Made by a program: the position numbers and the translations under genes. Below are positions 1 to 7,430 of a stretch of DNA of 18,218 nucleotides, in pieces. Below the pieces are notes generated by a model that was not told the origin of the DNA, made no database searches, and saw nothing but the letters and a program-made list of their open reading frames with translations. The first letter of the stretch is position 1. Every line of letters begins with the position of its first letter. Origin of the DNA: Pseudomonadota bacterium (GTDB lineage Bacteria > Bdellovibrionota > FAC87 > UBA2466); the NCBI GenBank assembly GCA_043767805.1, contig JAYUGC010000012.1, positions 1 to 18,218 on the forward strand, written 5' to 3'.

Positions 1-8
1 ACTCCCCT

Positions 9-358
9 GGCTGAACCCAGGCGCGAAACGAACAGTTCAGCCGCAAAGAATAAAGGTAAGTGGCGCGGACAAACAGGCTGAACCGGTGAGGCAATCCGCT
101 TAAGGGCGCGCAACGTGCCCGAAAGCAGCCGTCTTAAAAGGTACGGCGTACCTTTTAAGATAGGGGTCGGGAACACTCGGGCACGTGGGTTGCCTCTGAG
201 CTATTTGCCTCTCCGGTTCAGCCGGTGAATCCGAGATCTAACGTTCGTTGTGAGGGGCTGAACTGCGCTTCGGGCAAGTCTTGCGACCTAGCGAGGTTTG
301 CCTCGCCGGTTCAGCCTATTCATTCAAGCTACTTACTTTGCCTGTAGCGGCTGAACTT
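9..358. repeat. Array of alternating inverted octamers (GGCTGAAC / GTTCAGCC) forming nested hairpins; REP/REPIN/MITE-like or structured ncRNA array, probably truncated by window start
   Basis: GGCTGAAC at 9-16, 76-83, 256-263, 349-356; GTTCAGCC at 35-42, 216-223, 309-316. GTTCAGCC-to-GGCTGAAC gaps are 33, 32 and 32 nt. TTTGCCTC(T/G)CCGGTTCAGCC occurs at 204-223 and 297-316 (19/20 identical), with an inverted copy at 76-94. Confidence 0.85.
132..160. repeat. Perfect 13-bp inverted repeat TCTTAAAAGGTAC-ggc-GTACCTTTTAAGA at the apex of the long hairpin
   Basis: 132-144 is the reverse complement of 148-160; the same arms recur at 12343-12412. Confidence 0.9.
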
Positions 359-1050
359 CACTGCTGCTGCACGGCCTTCTCTTTACGCCGCATCAGCTCT
401 TCCGGATCCTTCGTCGCGCCGACGCGCATCTTCCAGATCTTATAGCCGTTAGGCCCTTCGATCCATTCACCTTTGGCTTTGGTATCGTTGGGATTCAACC
501 CGTGCTGCACAAGCGCCGTCTGGTAGCGGCTCTCGCAGTTGTCGAGCCGGTCCTTGAAGTTTTCGTACTGCTGCTCGAGCACGCGCTTTTGTTTCTGATA
601 GCGCGTGAGCCGCTGATCGAGCTCCTCTTCGGAGTAGCCGATCATATTGTTCTGATTGTCCGCCTTGTACTGGAAGTCCTCGTCGGTTTGCGTGATCCGT
701 TCCCACTTCTCCATGGGCTCGGGCTTACCCGTGCCGCCCACTCGCGGATCGGAGACCCGAGTGCGGCAATCGCGCACGGCTTCGTAAATGCCGCCCGGAT
801 CGCGTTTGGTCTTGCCGTAAATCGCAAGCTCCAGATCCTCGATCTCGCTCTGCATTTTATAGAGCTGCTCCTCGAGGTAAATTTTCTTTTTGACCATGAC
901 CTTGTCGCCTTTGAGACCGACCGACTCCGTTTTGTCGCTGGTCGAGACTTTCAATTCCTTGTCGAATTTTTCCGTGGGGTCGTTTTTCGACGCGCAACCC
1001 GTGAAGAGAAGGGCGCAAAAGAGAGCTAGGCTAAGGTGTAGGTGTTTCAT
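358..1050 (-). CDS. Hypothetical lipoprotein with coiled-coil segments (230 aa)
   Basis: The ATG at 1050 gives MKHLHLSLALFCALLFTG|C, a type II signal peptide with lipobox. Heptad-like stretches include LEEQLYKMQSEIEDLE and LEQQYENFKDRLDNCE. The track's start at 1113 overlaps plsC and is unlikely. Confidence 0.8.
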   Translation of the reverse strand: MKHLHLSLALFCALLFTGCASKNDPTEKFDKELKVSTSDKTESVGLKGDKVMVKKKIYLEEQLYKMQSEIEDLELAIYGKTKRDPGGIYEAVRDCRTRVSDPRVGGTGKPEPMEKWERITQTDEDFQYKADNQNNMIGYSEEELDQRLTRYQKQKRVLEQQYENFKDRLDNCESRYQTALVQHGLNPNDTKAKGEWIEGPNGYKIWKMRVGATKDPEELMRRKEKAVQQQ

Positions 1051-1070
1051 AGGTCTCCCGAAAATATCGC

Positions 1071-1751
1071 CTAGTGTACCACCTGGCAGGCCCAGCGCCA
1101 CAACTCTGCGCATTCGGCCGCCGGCTCTTTGACCAGGCGGGGCTCGAGGAACTCGATCTTCGCTTCGACGGGGTGCTTCAATAGATGCCAGAGATGGGGG
1201 ATGAAGGCATCGTCGCCGATGAAGGCGGCCGGGCGAAGCGGACTAAAGCTCAGGCGAAAGGGCTGTATCGGAAGGCCGTGTTTTTTCGCCGTAACGAAGA
1301 TGCCGTAACGCCAAGGGACCGACTCTTCGAGGGAAGTGGTCCCGGCGGGAAAGACGCCGATAGGCCGGCCCGTCTTCTTCAAGGCTTCCGCCATCAGATC
1401 GCCGACCTTGGCCCGCGACGTCTTGGAAGATCGATCCACGAACAAGATGCCGACCGATTTCATGGCGCGCCCGAAGAGCGGCCATGAGGCGAGCTCCTTC
1501 TTCGCTAGAAAAATGACGGGTGTTAGCGACATCAGGAGCGGAATATCGAGGTAGCTGATGTGATTTCCCACGTAAATCACCGCCCCCGACACCGGTTTTC
1601 CGACGACGGTAACCTTGGCGTTGAGGTCTCTGAGCGCAAGCGTTGCCCAGCGCCGGGTCACGCTTTCCACTCGATCGGGATAGCGGAGCGCAAAATTGGT
1701 GTAGCGCCAGCAGAGGGCAAGGACTTTGAAAAGCCGGAAAAGACGGCTCAT
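1071..1751 (-). CDS. plsC: 1-acyl-sn-glycerol-3-phosphate / lysophospholipid acyltransferase (PlsC/OlsA family)
   Basis: HxxxxD motif NHISYLD, FLAKKEL, LFVDR, FPAGT (FPEGT-like). Start taken at ATG 1751; the alternative at 1760 overlaps the upstream stop. Confidence 0.88.
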   Translation of the reverse strand: MSRLFRLFKVLALCWRYTNFALRYPDRVESVTRRWATLALRDLNAKVTVVGKPVSGAVIYVGNHISYLDIPLLMSLTPVIFLAKKELASWPLFGRAMKSVGILFVDRSSKTSRAKVGDLMAEALKKTGRPIGVFPAGTTSLEESVPWRYGIFVTAKKHGLPIQPFRLSFSPLRPAAFIGDDAFIPHLWHLLKHPVEAKIEFLEPRLVKEPAAECAELWRWACQVVH

Positions 1752-1756
1752 ACCGA

Positions 1757-3010
1757 TCAAACCACCGCGGCCTCGAGGCGCTTCGCGCGCACCCGGGTGA
1801 TACGGTGTCCGGAGAGACCGACGACGCTGATGGCGTAATCCCCCATGCGGACTTCATCGCTCTTCTTGGGGCTGCGGCCCAGCTGATTGAAGATGACGCC
1901 GCTCATGGTATCGCCGCGCTCGGCGGGGATGGTCCAGCCGGTGTGGCGGTTGAAGTCGTGCACGGAGATGCGGCCCAGGACTTCGTAAGTATCCTCGCCG
2001 ACCTTTTGGATCGTCTCGAGCTCTTCCTTGTCGAACTCGTCCCGGATCTCGCCGACGATTTCTTCGAGGATGTCTTCCTGAGTGACGATCCCGAGCGTAA
2101 CTCCGAACTCGTCCTTCACGATGGCCATGTGAGTGAAAGCGCGCTGCATGTCGGTCAAAAGCCGCAAGATCGGCTTTCTTTCCGGGACGCGCAAGATCGG
2201 CTTCATGATCTCTTGAATGTCTTTTTCACCGCTTCTGACCATGCGGAAGAGATCCTTGATGTGAATGAGGCCCTGAACTTTGTCGAGGGTGGCGTTGAAA
2301 ATGGGCACTCGCGTGTGGGCTTCCTCGATCATTTTGTCGAGTAGCTCCTCCGCGCCGATTTCCGACGAAAAGGCCAAAATTTCCGTGCGCGGAACCATGA
2401 TGTCGGAGACGGTGAGCTCCGCCGCCCCGGCCGCGCCCGCAATGATCGGAATGGGGCTACCGTCCCACCGGTGCTGGCGGAACCCGCGCGCGAGTCTTAG
2501 GATTTCCTGGGCGGAGTCCTTCATTTCCACTTCGCCCCGGGAAAGCCGGCGCATGAGCGGATCGATCAAGCGGTCAAAGGCGGCGTGGACCAAAAAGAGG
2601 GAGTGGTGGATGAGATAAAGGGGAAGGGCCACGAAATAGGCGACCTTCTTCGAGTGACCGGCGGCAACCGCTTTGGGCAGGACCTCGCCGAAGATCAGCA
2701 CGAGCACGGTTATGATTACGGCCGAGATCAAAACGCCCCATTCCTCGCCGAAGTAGTGGACGGCCAAAGCCGAGGCCACCGAGGCCGAGAGGATGTTGAC
2801 GATGTTATTGCCGAGCAAAATGGTGACGAGCAGGCGCGAGGTATTGCGCAAAAGATTGCGCGCCGCCACGGCGCTCGGGTTCTTCCCTAGCTTGATGTCT
2901 CCTTCGAGCTCTTCCGGCCTCAGCCGAAGCAAAGCGGTTTCCGCTGCGGAGAAAAAAGCAGAGAGAAAAAGGCAGGCAACGATTACGAGCAGGGTGGTGG
3001 CCGTGGTCAC
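1757..3010 (-). CDS. Hemolysin-family / CNNM (DUF21)-CBS-CorC Mg2+/Co2+ transporter-like protein
   Basis: LSAFFSAAETAL, ILLGNNIVN and FGEVLPK (CNNM); IMVPR, HTRVPIF and DEFGVTLGIVTQEDILEEIVGEIRDEFD (CBS pair); C-terminal CorC domain. GTG start at 3010 with a GGGAGG Shine-Dalgarno (complement of 3020-3025). Confidence 0.92.
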   Translation of the reverse strand: MTTATTLLVIVACLFLSAFFSAAETALLRLRPEELEGDIKLGKNPSAVAARNLLRNTSRLLVTILLGNNIVNILSASVASALAVHYFGEEWGVLISAVIITVLVLIFGEVLPKAVAAGHSKKVAYFVALPLYLIHHSLFLVHAAFDRLIDPLMRRLSRGEVEMKDSAQEILRLARGFRQHRWDGSPIPIIAGAAGAAELTVSDIMVPRTEILAFSSEIGAEELLDKMIEEAHTRVPIFNATLDKVQGLIHIKDLFRMVRSGEKDIQEIMKPILRVPERKPILRLLTDMQRAFTHMAIVKDEFGVTLGIVTQEDILEEIVGEIRDEFDKEELETIQKVGEDTYEVLGRISVHDFNRHTGWTIPAERGDTMSGVIFNQLGRSPKKSDEVRMGDYAISVVGLSGHRITRVRAKRLEAAVV

Positions 3011-3115
3011 CTGAAACGGCCTCCCACCGGAATCGGGAAGTTCACAATGACCGGTAGTGTAATTCGAAAGGTTTAGGCTTTCAAGGTGCGCACGCGATGA
3101 GGCATGATGCGATCC

Positions 3116-3775
3116 ATGATTGATCTGTACACGGCGCCGACCCCCAACGGATTCAAGGTATCCATCGCTCTCGAGGAAATGGAGCTTTCCTACCAAACCC
3201 GGGCCATCCGGCTGGACCTGAATCAGCAAAAGGAGCCCTGGTACACGGCGATTAACCCCAATGGGCGTATCCCGGCCATAGTCGATCGCTCCAATGGCGA
3301 TTTCGCCGTTTTCGAGTCCGGCGCCATTTTGCTTTATTTGGGTGAGCGCTACGGCAAACTGCTTCCGTCGGACGCCAAGGGCCGCTCGGAAGTCATTCAG
3401 TGGCTCATGTTCCAAATGGGCGGCCTGGGCCCCATGCAGGGCCAAGCGAACGTCTTCTTGCGCTATGCGCCTGAAAAAATCGAGTATGCCATTCAGCGCT
3501 ATCAGCGCGAGACGACCCGTCTTTACGGAGTCTTGGATCTTCGCTTAGCCGATCGCGAGTTTATCGCCAGCAAGCAGCTTTCCGTGGCGGATGTCGCCAC
3601 CTGGCCGTGGGTGCATTCCCACGAATGGGCGGGCATTTCCCTGGAAAATTTCCCTAACTTGCGAAAATGGCACGACGCTCTCGCGCAGCGCCCCGCTTTC
3701 CAGAAGGGAATCACCATCCCGGAAACCCCTCCGCAGGAGCAATCTCTTGCGACAGCGCGGACCATTCTGGCGTAA
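3116..3775 (+). CDS. Glutathione S-transferase, YfcG/YghU (Nu-class/Ure2p-like)
   Basis: [63 protein letters not shown]. Alternative ATGs at 3104 and 3107. Confidence 0.93.
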   Translation: MIDLYTAPTPNGFKVSIALEEMELSYQTRAIRLDLNQQKEPWYTAINPNGRIPAIVDRSNGDFAVFESGAILLYLGERYGKLLPSDAKGRSEVIQWLMFQMGGLGPMQGQANVFLRYAPEKIEYAIQRYQRETTRLYGVLDLRLADREFIASKQLSVADVATWPWVHSHEWAGISLENFPNLRKWHDALAQRPAFQKGITIPETPPQEQSLATARTILA

Positions 3776-3784
3776 AATAGATCC

Positions 3785-4186
3785 ATGTCAGGTATAGAAC
3801 GGCGACGTCATAAACGAGTGGAGTGTAGCCTTCCCTGCCGTATTTACGTGCAGGGGCATGCGAAGCCCATTGCAGCGGAAGTCAAAAACATTTCGATTAG
3901 CGGTGCCTTCGTTACGTCCAAAGAAGAGATCCCGCCGGGAAAGAAAGTGCTCCTCGAATTTCAAGAGAGCGAGCTCGATATGATTCACGCCCGTATCGCG
4001 GGCACGCTGCCCCCGGCGGTGGAAGCCCCGAGCAATCTCTCCCCGGTGGCCGCGGAGATATACTTACGGCGCGTGGAAGGCACGGGCATCGGCGTGGAGT
4101 TTTTAAACGTCCGCCCCGAAGTGCAGCAGTTTTTAAACGATCTCATCGAGAAGATCGACGCGGCCACGCCGCCTTCCGAGTCTTAG
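3785..4186 (+). CDS. Stand-alone PilZ-domain protein (putative c-di-GMP receptor)
   Basis: ERRRHKR (RxxxR) and NISISG (D/NxSxxG) motifs, plus GIGVEF near the C-terminus. Confidence 0.88.
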   Translation: MSGIERRRHKRVECSLPCRIYVQGHAKPIAAEVKNISISGAFVTSKEEIPPGKKVLLEFQESELDMIHARIAGTLPPAVEAPSNLSPVAAEIYLRRVEGTGIGVEFLNVRPEVQQFLNDLIEKIDAATPPSES

Positions 4187-5190
4187 TGAGCATTGAAGAA
4201 ATCGAGAGCCGCTTTCAAGGCAGGCGCCCGGTAGGCGTCCTTTTCCCGGAAGGTCTCGTGCTTTCCGCCGGCGATGACCAGCTTGTGGCAATCCCAAGCG
4301 GCGCCGCAGAAGCGATTCATGCCGAGCGGATTGGCGTAGCCGTCGATAGTCGGCTGCAACATAAGCACCGGCGCGCGCACTTTTCCGCCTAAGGTCTCGA
4401 TCCGTTTCGCTTCGGTTTCCTTCAAGAGGAGGCTGACCCAGGAAGCGTCCGGTCCGCCCATCTGAATCTTCGGAAGTTTCGCGAGCGTGTCTTTGAAGAG
4501 ATCAAAGCGAACCTGGCTCTGCGTCGTCGGGCTGTTATCCAGTAAGTATTCGCTCAAATCCAAATCCTTGAAGCCCGGCGCGTACTTTTGGCCTTGGCCC
4601 GCGAGCACCAGCGCTTTGGAGAGAGCGACGGCGACGGGACGCGGGTACTTGCCCGTGTTCATGTCGAACAAGGGCGCGCTCAAAATGGCGGCGCGAAAGA
4701 GCTGCGGGCGGAGTGCGATGAGATGCGCCGTCACGAGGCCTCCCAAAGAGTGGCCGATGACGTAAAGCTTCGAGCTGAGGGGATCGCGGCTCACCACTTC
4801 GTCCACGAACTTTTGCAGATCGTCGATGTAATACTGGAATTTTTCGACGTGCACGATTTGCGGATTTTTCAGCATCCGGCCCGAGAGACCCATGCCCCGA
4901 TGATCCATGATGTAGACGCCGTAGCCCGCGTTCCAAAGATCGTAAATGAGCTCCTGATATTTCAGAAACGATTCCGTGTAGCCGGCGACGATGACGACGA
5001 CGCCTTTGCCTTCCTTGCGGGGAAAAGCCCGGTACTGCAAGGGAAGGTCTCTCTGCCCCGCGAGGGTGCCGGGAGTGCCCAGGGAAAAGAGCGGGGTCAC
5101 AAGCCGGGCGTAGTCTTTTTCCAAATCGGTTTCGGCAAGGCCGAAAGTCAGAGTGGAAAAGAACGCGAGAGACAGTACGAGTTTCTGCAT
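4183..5190 (-). CDS. Alpha/beta hydrolase, lysophospholipase L2 (PldB)/monoacylglycerol lipase-like, with probable signal peptide
   Basis: MDHRGMGLSGR, nucleophile elbow GHSLGG, LSAPLF, GGPDASW and GGKHE. The N-terminal MQKLVLSLAFFSTLTFGLA is a hydrophobic leader. Confidence 0.88.
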   Translation of the reverse strand: MQKLVLSLAFFSTLTFGLAETDLEKDYARLVTPLFSLGTPGTLAGQRDLPLQYRAFPRKEGKGVVVIVAGYTESFLKYQELIYDLWNAGYGVYIMDHRGMGLSGRMLKNPQIVHVEKFQYYIDDLQKFVDEVVSRDPLSSKLYVIGHSLGGLVTAHLIALRPQLFRAAILSAPLFDMNTGKYPRPVAVALSKALVLAGQGQKYAPGFKDLDLSEYLLDNSPTTQSQVRFDLFKDTLAKLPKIQMGGPDASWVSLLLKETEAKRIETLGGKVRAPVLMLQPTIDGYANPLGMNRFCGAAWDCHKLVIAGGKHETFREKDAYRAPALKAALDFFNAH

Positions 5191-5227
5191 GGGGGTGGGT
5201 ATATCAAACGCGCTCCGGCTGGGTCAA

Positions 5228-5614
5228 TCAAGGGGCCGGCGGGGCGGACGGGCGGGTCCAGAGGAAGACGAGCACCGCGACGCCAGTCAGACCGACGACG
5301 GCTTTCACTCCGGGAGCTACCCTTACGAAAACAAGGGTATAGCCGAACAAAGGCACGATTAGGGCGGTGGCGAGGCGCTTTGCCCGGAGCCGGATGACCC
5401 CGTGGGCTTCCCAGTCCCGGATGAGCGGTCCGAATAGCCGGTGCCCGAGTAACCAGGCGTGGAGCCGTTCGGAACTTCGCGAGAAGAAGTAGGCGGCAAG
5501 CAGCACGAAAGGGGTGGTGGGAAGAAGGGGCAAGAATATCCCGACGAAACCCAGAGCGAGGCTAAGGCATCCCAGGGCGACGAAGAGCGGCCGCCAAATT
5601 TTACTCACGATCAT
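5228..5614 (-). CDS. ybaN: YbaN family (DUF454) inner-membrane protein
   Basis: LGFVGIFLPLLPTTPFVLLAAYFFSRSSERLHAWLL..LFGPLI signature. The ATG at 5614 overlaps the upstream stop (ATGA coupling). Confidence 0.9.
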   Translation of the reverse strand: MIVSKIWRPLFVALGCLSLALGFVGIFLPLLPTTPFVLLAAYFFSRSSERLHAWLLGHRLFGPLIRDWEAHGVIRLRAKRLATALIVPLFGYTLVFVRVAPGVKAVVGLTGVAVLVFLWTRPSAPPAP

Positions 5615-6324
5615 GGGGTGGGACTCGGCCCGGTCCGGCCACAATTCAAGTTCGCGGGGACCGCTTCGTGAAGGCGCTTAGGCTCGGGGAGCTTCAAGGA
5701 CTTCATGAGGCTCACGAACTCAGGCTTCGAGACCTCGTCTCGCACCCGCGGGTTGCACAGACGCTCTTCCTGAATGCTGGAACACGTCTGCCCGTTGTAA
5801 TCGTGACCCGGAAACACGAGGGTGTCGTCGGGAAGGGTAAATAGCTTTTGGCGGATGCTGTCGAAAAGCAGTTCCGCCGAGCCTTGCTGAAAATCCGTCC
5901 GGCCCGTGCCGCGGATGAAAAGCGCGTCTCCGGTGAAGACCATGCCCGGCGTGTAGTAGCTCGTGCAGCCGGCGGTATGTCCCGGCGTCGAGAGCGCCGT
6001 GATGCGGAAAGAGTCGATGAGCAGGCTTTCGCCGTCGGCGAGCTTCACGTCGGCGGAGCGCACTCCCGAAGCTTCGCCCACGCCCACTTTCGCGCGAGTC
6101 GCTTCGCGTAACGCGTCGGCGCCCGTGATGTGATCGGCGTGCACATGGGTGTCTAAAATGTATTTCAGCCGGATGCCGAGCTCTCTGAGCAGCTTGACGT
6201 CCCGGGCCATCTGCTCGAGCACTGGGTCGACGATGACTCCCGCCCTGGTTTTGGGATCCGCCAGAAGGTAGGTGTAGGTGCTCGACTCGGCATCAAAGAG
6301 CTGGCGAAACAAAAGCGAGGTCAT
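5611..6324 (-). CDS. Persulfide dioxygenase (ETHE1-like, metallo-beta-lactamase fold)
   Basis: FRQLFDAESSTYTYLL, THVHADHITG, TPGHT, FTGDALFIRGTGRTDFQ, PGHDY, C-terminal AVPANLNCG. Confidence 0.9.
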   Translation of the reverse strand: MTSLLFRQLFDAESSTYTYLLADPKTRAGVIVDPVLEQMARDVKLLRELGIRLKYILDTHVHADHITGADALREATRAKVGVGEASGVRSADVKLADGESLLIDSFRITALSTPGHTAGCTSYYTPGMVFTGDALFIRGTGRTDFQQGSAELLFDSIRQKLFTLPDDTLVFPGHDYNGQTCSSIQEERLCNPRVRDEVSKPEFVSLMKSLKLPEPKRLHEAVPANLNCGRTGPSPTP

Positions 6325-6351
6325 GGACCGTCCTTCGGGCTTGAGCAGCGG

Positions 6352-6828
6352 CTAACGGGACTGTTTGGTGACCTGCGCCAGATTCCGCTTCACGTCTTTT
6401 TCTTTGATGTCTTGGCGCTTGTCGTGGGTCTTTTTCCCTTTTCCCAGGCCCAATTCTATCTTAGCGATCCCATTCTTAAAGTAGAGTTTCAATGGAATGA
6501 GAGAATATCCTTTGATCTCGAGCTTGCCCCAAAGCTTACTCATCTCCTCGCGCTTCATGAGAAGCTTTCTGGTGCGGAGCGGCTCGTGGTTCAAGTGCGA
6601 GCCCTGAGCGTAGGTATTGATGTGCGAGTTGATGAGAAAGAGCTCGCCCGATTGAAAGACCGCGTAAGCGTCCCTGAGGCTCGCGAGCCCCGCGCGGAGC
6701 GACTTCACTTCCGTGCCCTTCAAGACCATGCCCGCTTCCATCTTCTCGTCGAAGCTGTAGTTATGGAACGCTTTGCGGTTGTCGCAGACGATCTTGATGC
6801 CCCCGGCGGCGGCCGGCTTCGCGCTCAT
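6352..6828 (-). CDS. smpB: SsrA-binding protein SmpB
   Basis: NRKAFHNY, EAGMVLKGTEVKSLR, RTRKLL, GKGKKTHDKR. Confidence 0.98.
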   Translation of the reverse strand: MSAKPAAAGGIKIVCDNRKAFHNYSFDEKMEAGMVLKGTEVKSLRAGLASLRDAYAVFQSGELFLINSHINTYAQGSHLNHEPLRTRKLLMKREEMSKLWGKLEIKGYSLIPLKLYFKNGIAKIELGLGKGKKTHDKRQDIKEKDVKRNLAQVTKQSR

Positions 6829-7430
6829 ATCAAGATCCCCTTTTTGCGGGCGTCGTCGGCGCCGACGATACCCATGGAGATCGCCATGCGGAGCGCTTCT
6901 TGAACGGAAAGGTCGAGAGGAGATACGCGATCGGCTGCCACTAGCACGTAGTAACCCGAAGTCGGGTTCGGGACTAGGGGAATGAAAAGGTTCATCATGG
7001 GCTTATCGAACTTGCTCTGCAGGATCGGATCCGGGTTCCCGGTGACGAAGCCGATGCAGAAAAAGCCAGGAGTCGGAAATTCCACCAGCACCGCGAGCTT
7101 GAACTGATTGCTGGCGGGGTTGAAGACGGTTTCCAGGAACTTCTTGATGCCGCCGTAGATGCCGCCCACCAGCGGGAACTTCCTTACGGTGCGATCGGCC
7201 CAGGAGATGAGCCACCGCCCGAAGTAGTTGTGGGTGAGCATCCCCGTAAAGACGATCAGGGTGAACGAAACCAAAATCCCCAAGCCCCAGAAATCAAAGG
7301 GCAGGTGAGGAATGTAATTGCGAACGGCGCGATCGATGAAATCGAAGAACCATCTCAGGATGTCGATCGTCGCCATCAGGGGCATCAGGACCAGGAGTCC
7401 CGTGACGAAAGCGTTACGAAGGCGTTTCAT
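6825..7430 (-). CDS. DUF502 (COV1-like) membrane protein
   Basis: N-terminal TM segments, VLVEFP, IGFVT, PNPTSGY, ISMG. Overlaps both panC and smpB. Confidence 0.88.
   Translation of the reverse strand: MKRLRNAFVTGLLVLMPLMATIDILRWFFDFIDRAVRNYIPHLPFDFWGLGILVSFTLIVFTGMLTHNYFGRWLISWADRTVRKFPLVGGIYGGIKKFLETVFNPASNQFKLAVLVEFPTPGFFCIGFVTGNPDPILQSKFDKPMMNLFIPLVPNPTSGYYVLVAADRVSPLDLSVQEALRMAISMGIVGADDARKKGILI

Noticed and set aside
111..135. SRP RNA (GAAAGCAGCC resembles GGAAGCAGCC)
   Set aside because: The upstream CAGG and the GGAA-tetraloop helix 8 are missing.
76..316. Integron attC sites (AAC...GTT-bounded hairpins)
   Set aside because: The core GTTCAGC does not fit GTTRRRY, there are no cassette ORFs between sites, and no L-box extrahelical pattern or integrase is seen.
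9..358. Canonical CRISPR array
   Set aside because: There are no identical direct repeats of 23-47 nt, the 32-33 nt linkers resemble one another, and no cas genes are in the window.
3011..3445. N-terminal 145-aa extension of the CNNM ORF in the ORF track
   Set aside because: It is the antisense shadow of the GST gene. A GTG with a good Shine-Dalgarno at 3010 sits right before the first TM helix.
6325..6351. tmRNA (ssrA) adjacent to smpB
   Set aside because: Only 27 nt separate smpB from the next gene, and no tmRNA-like ends are seen.
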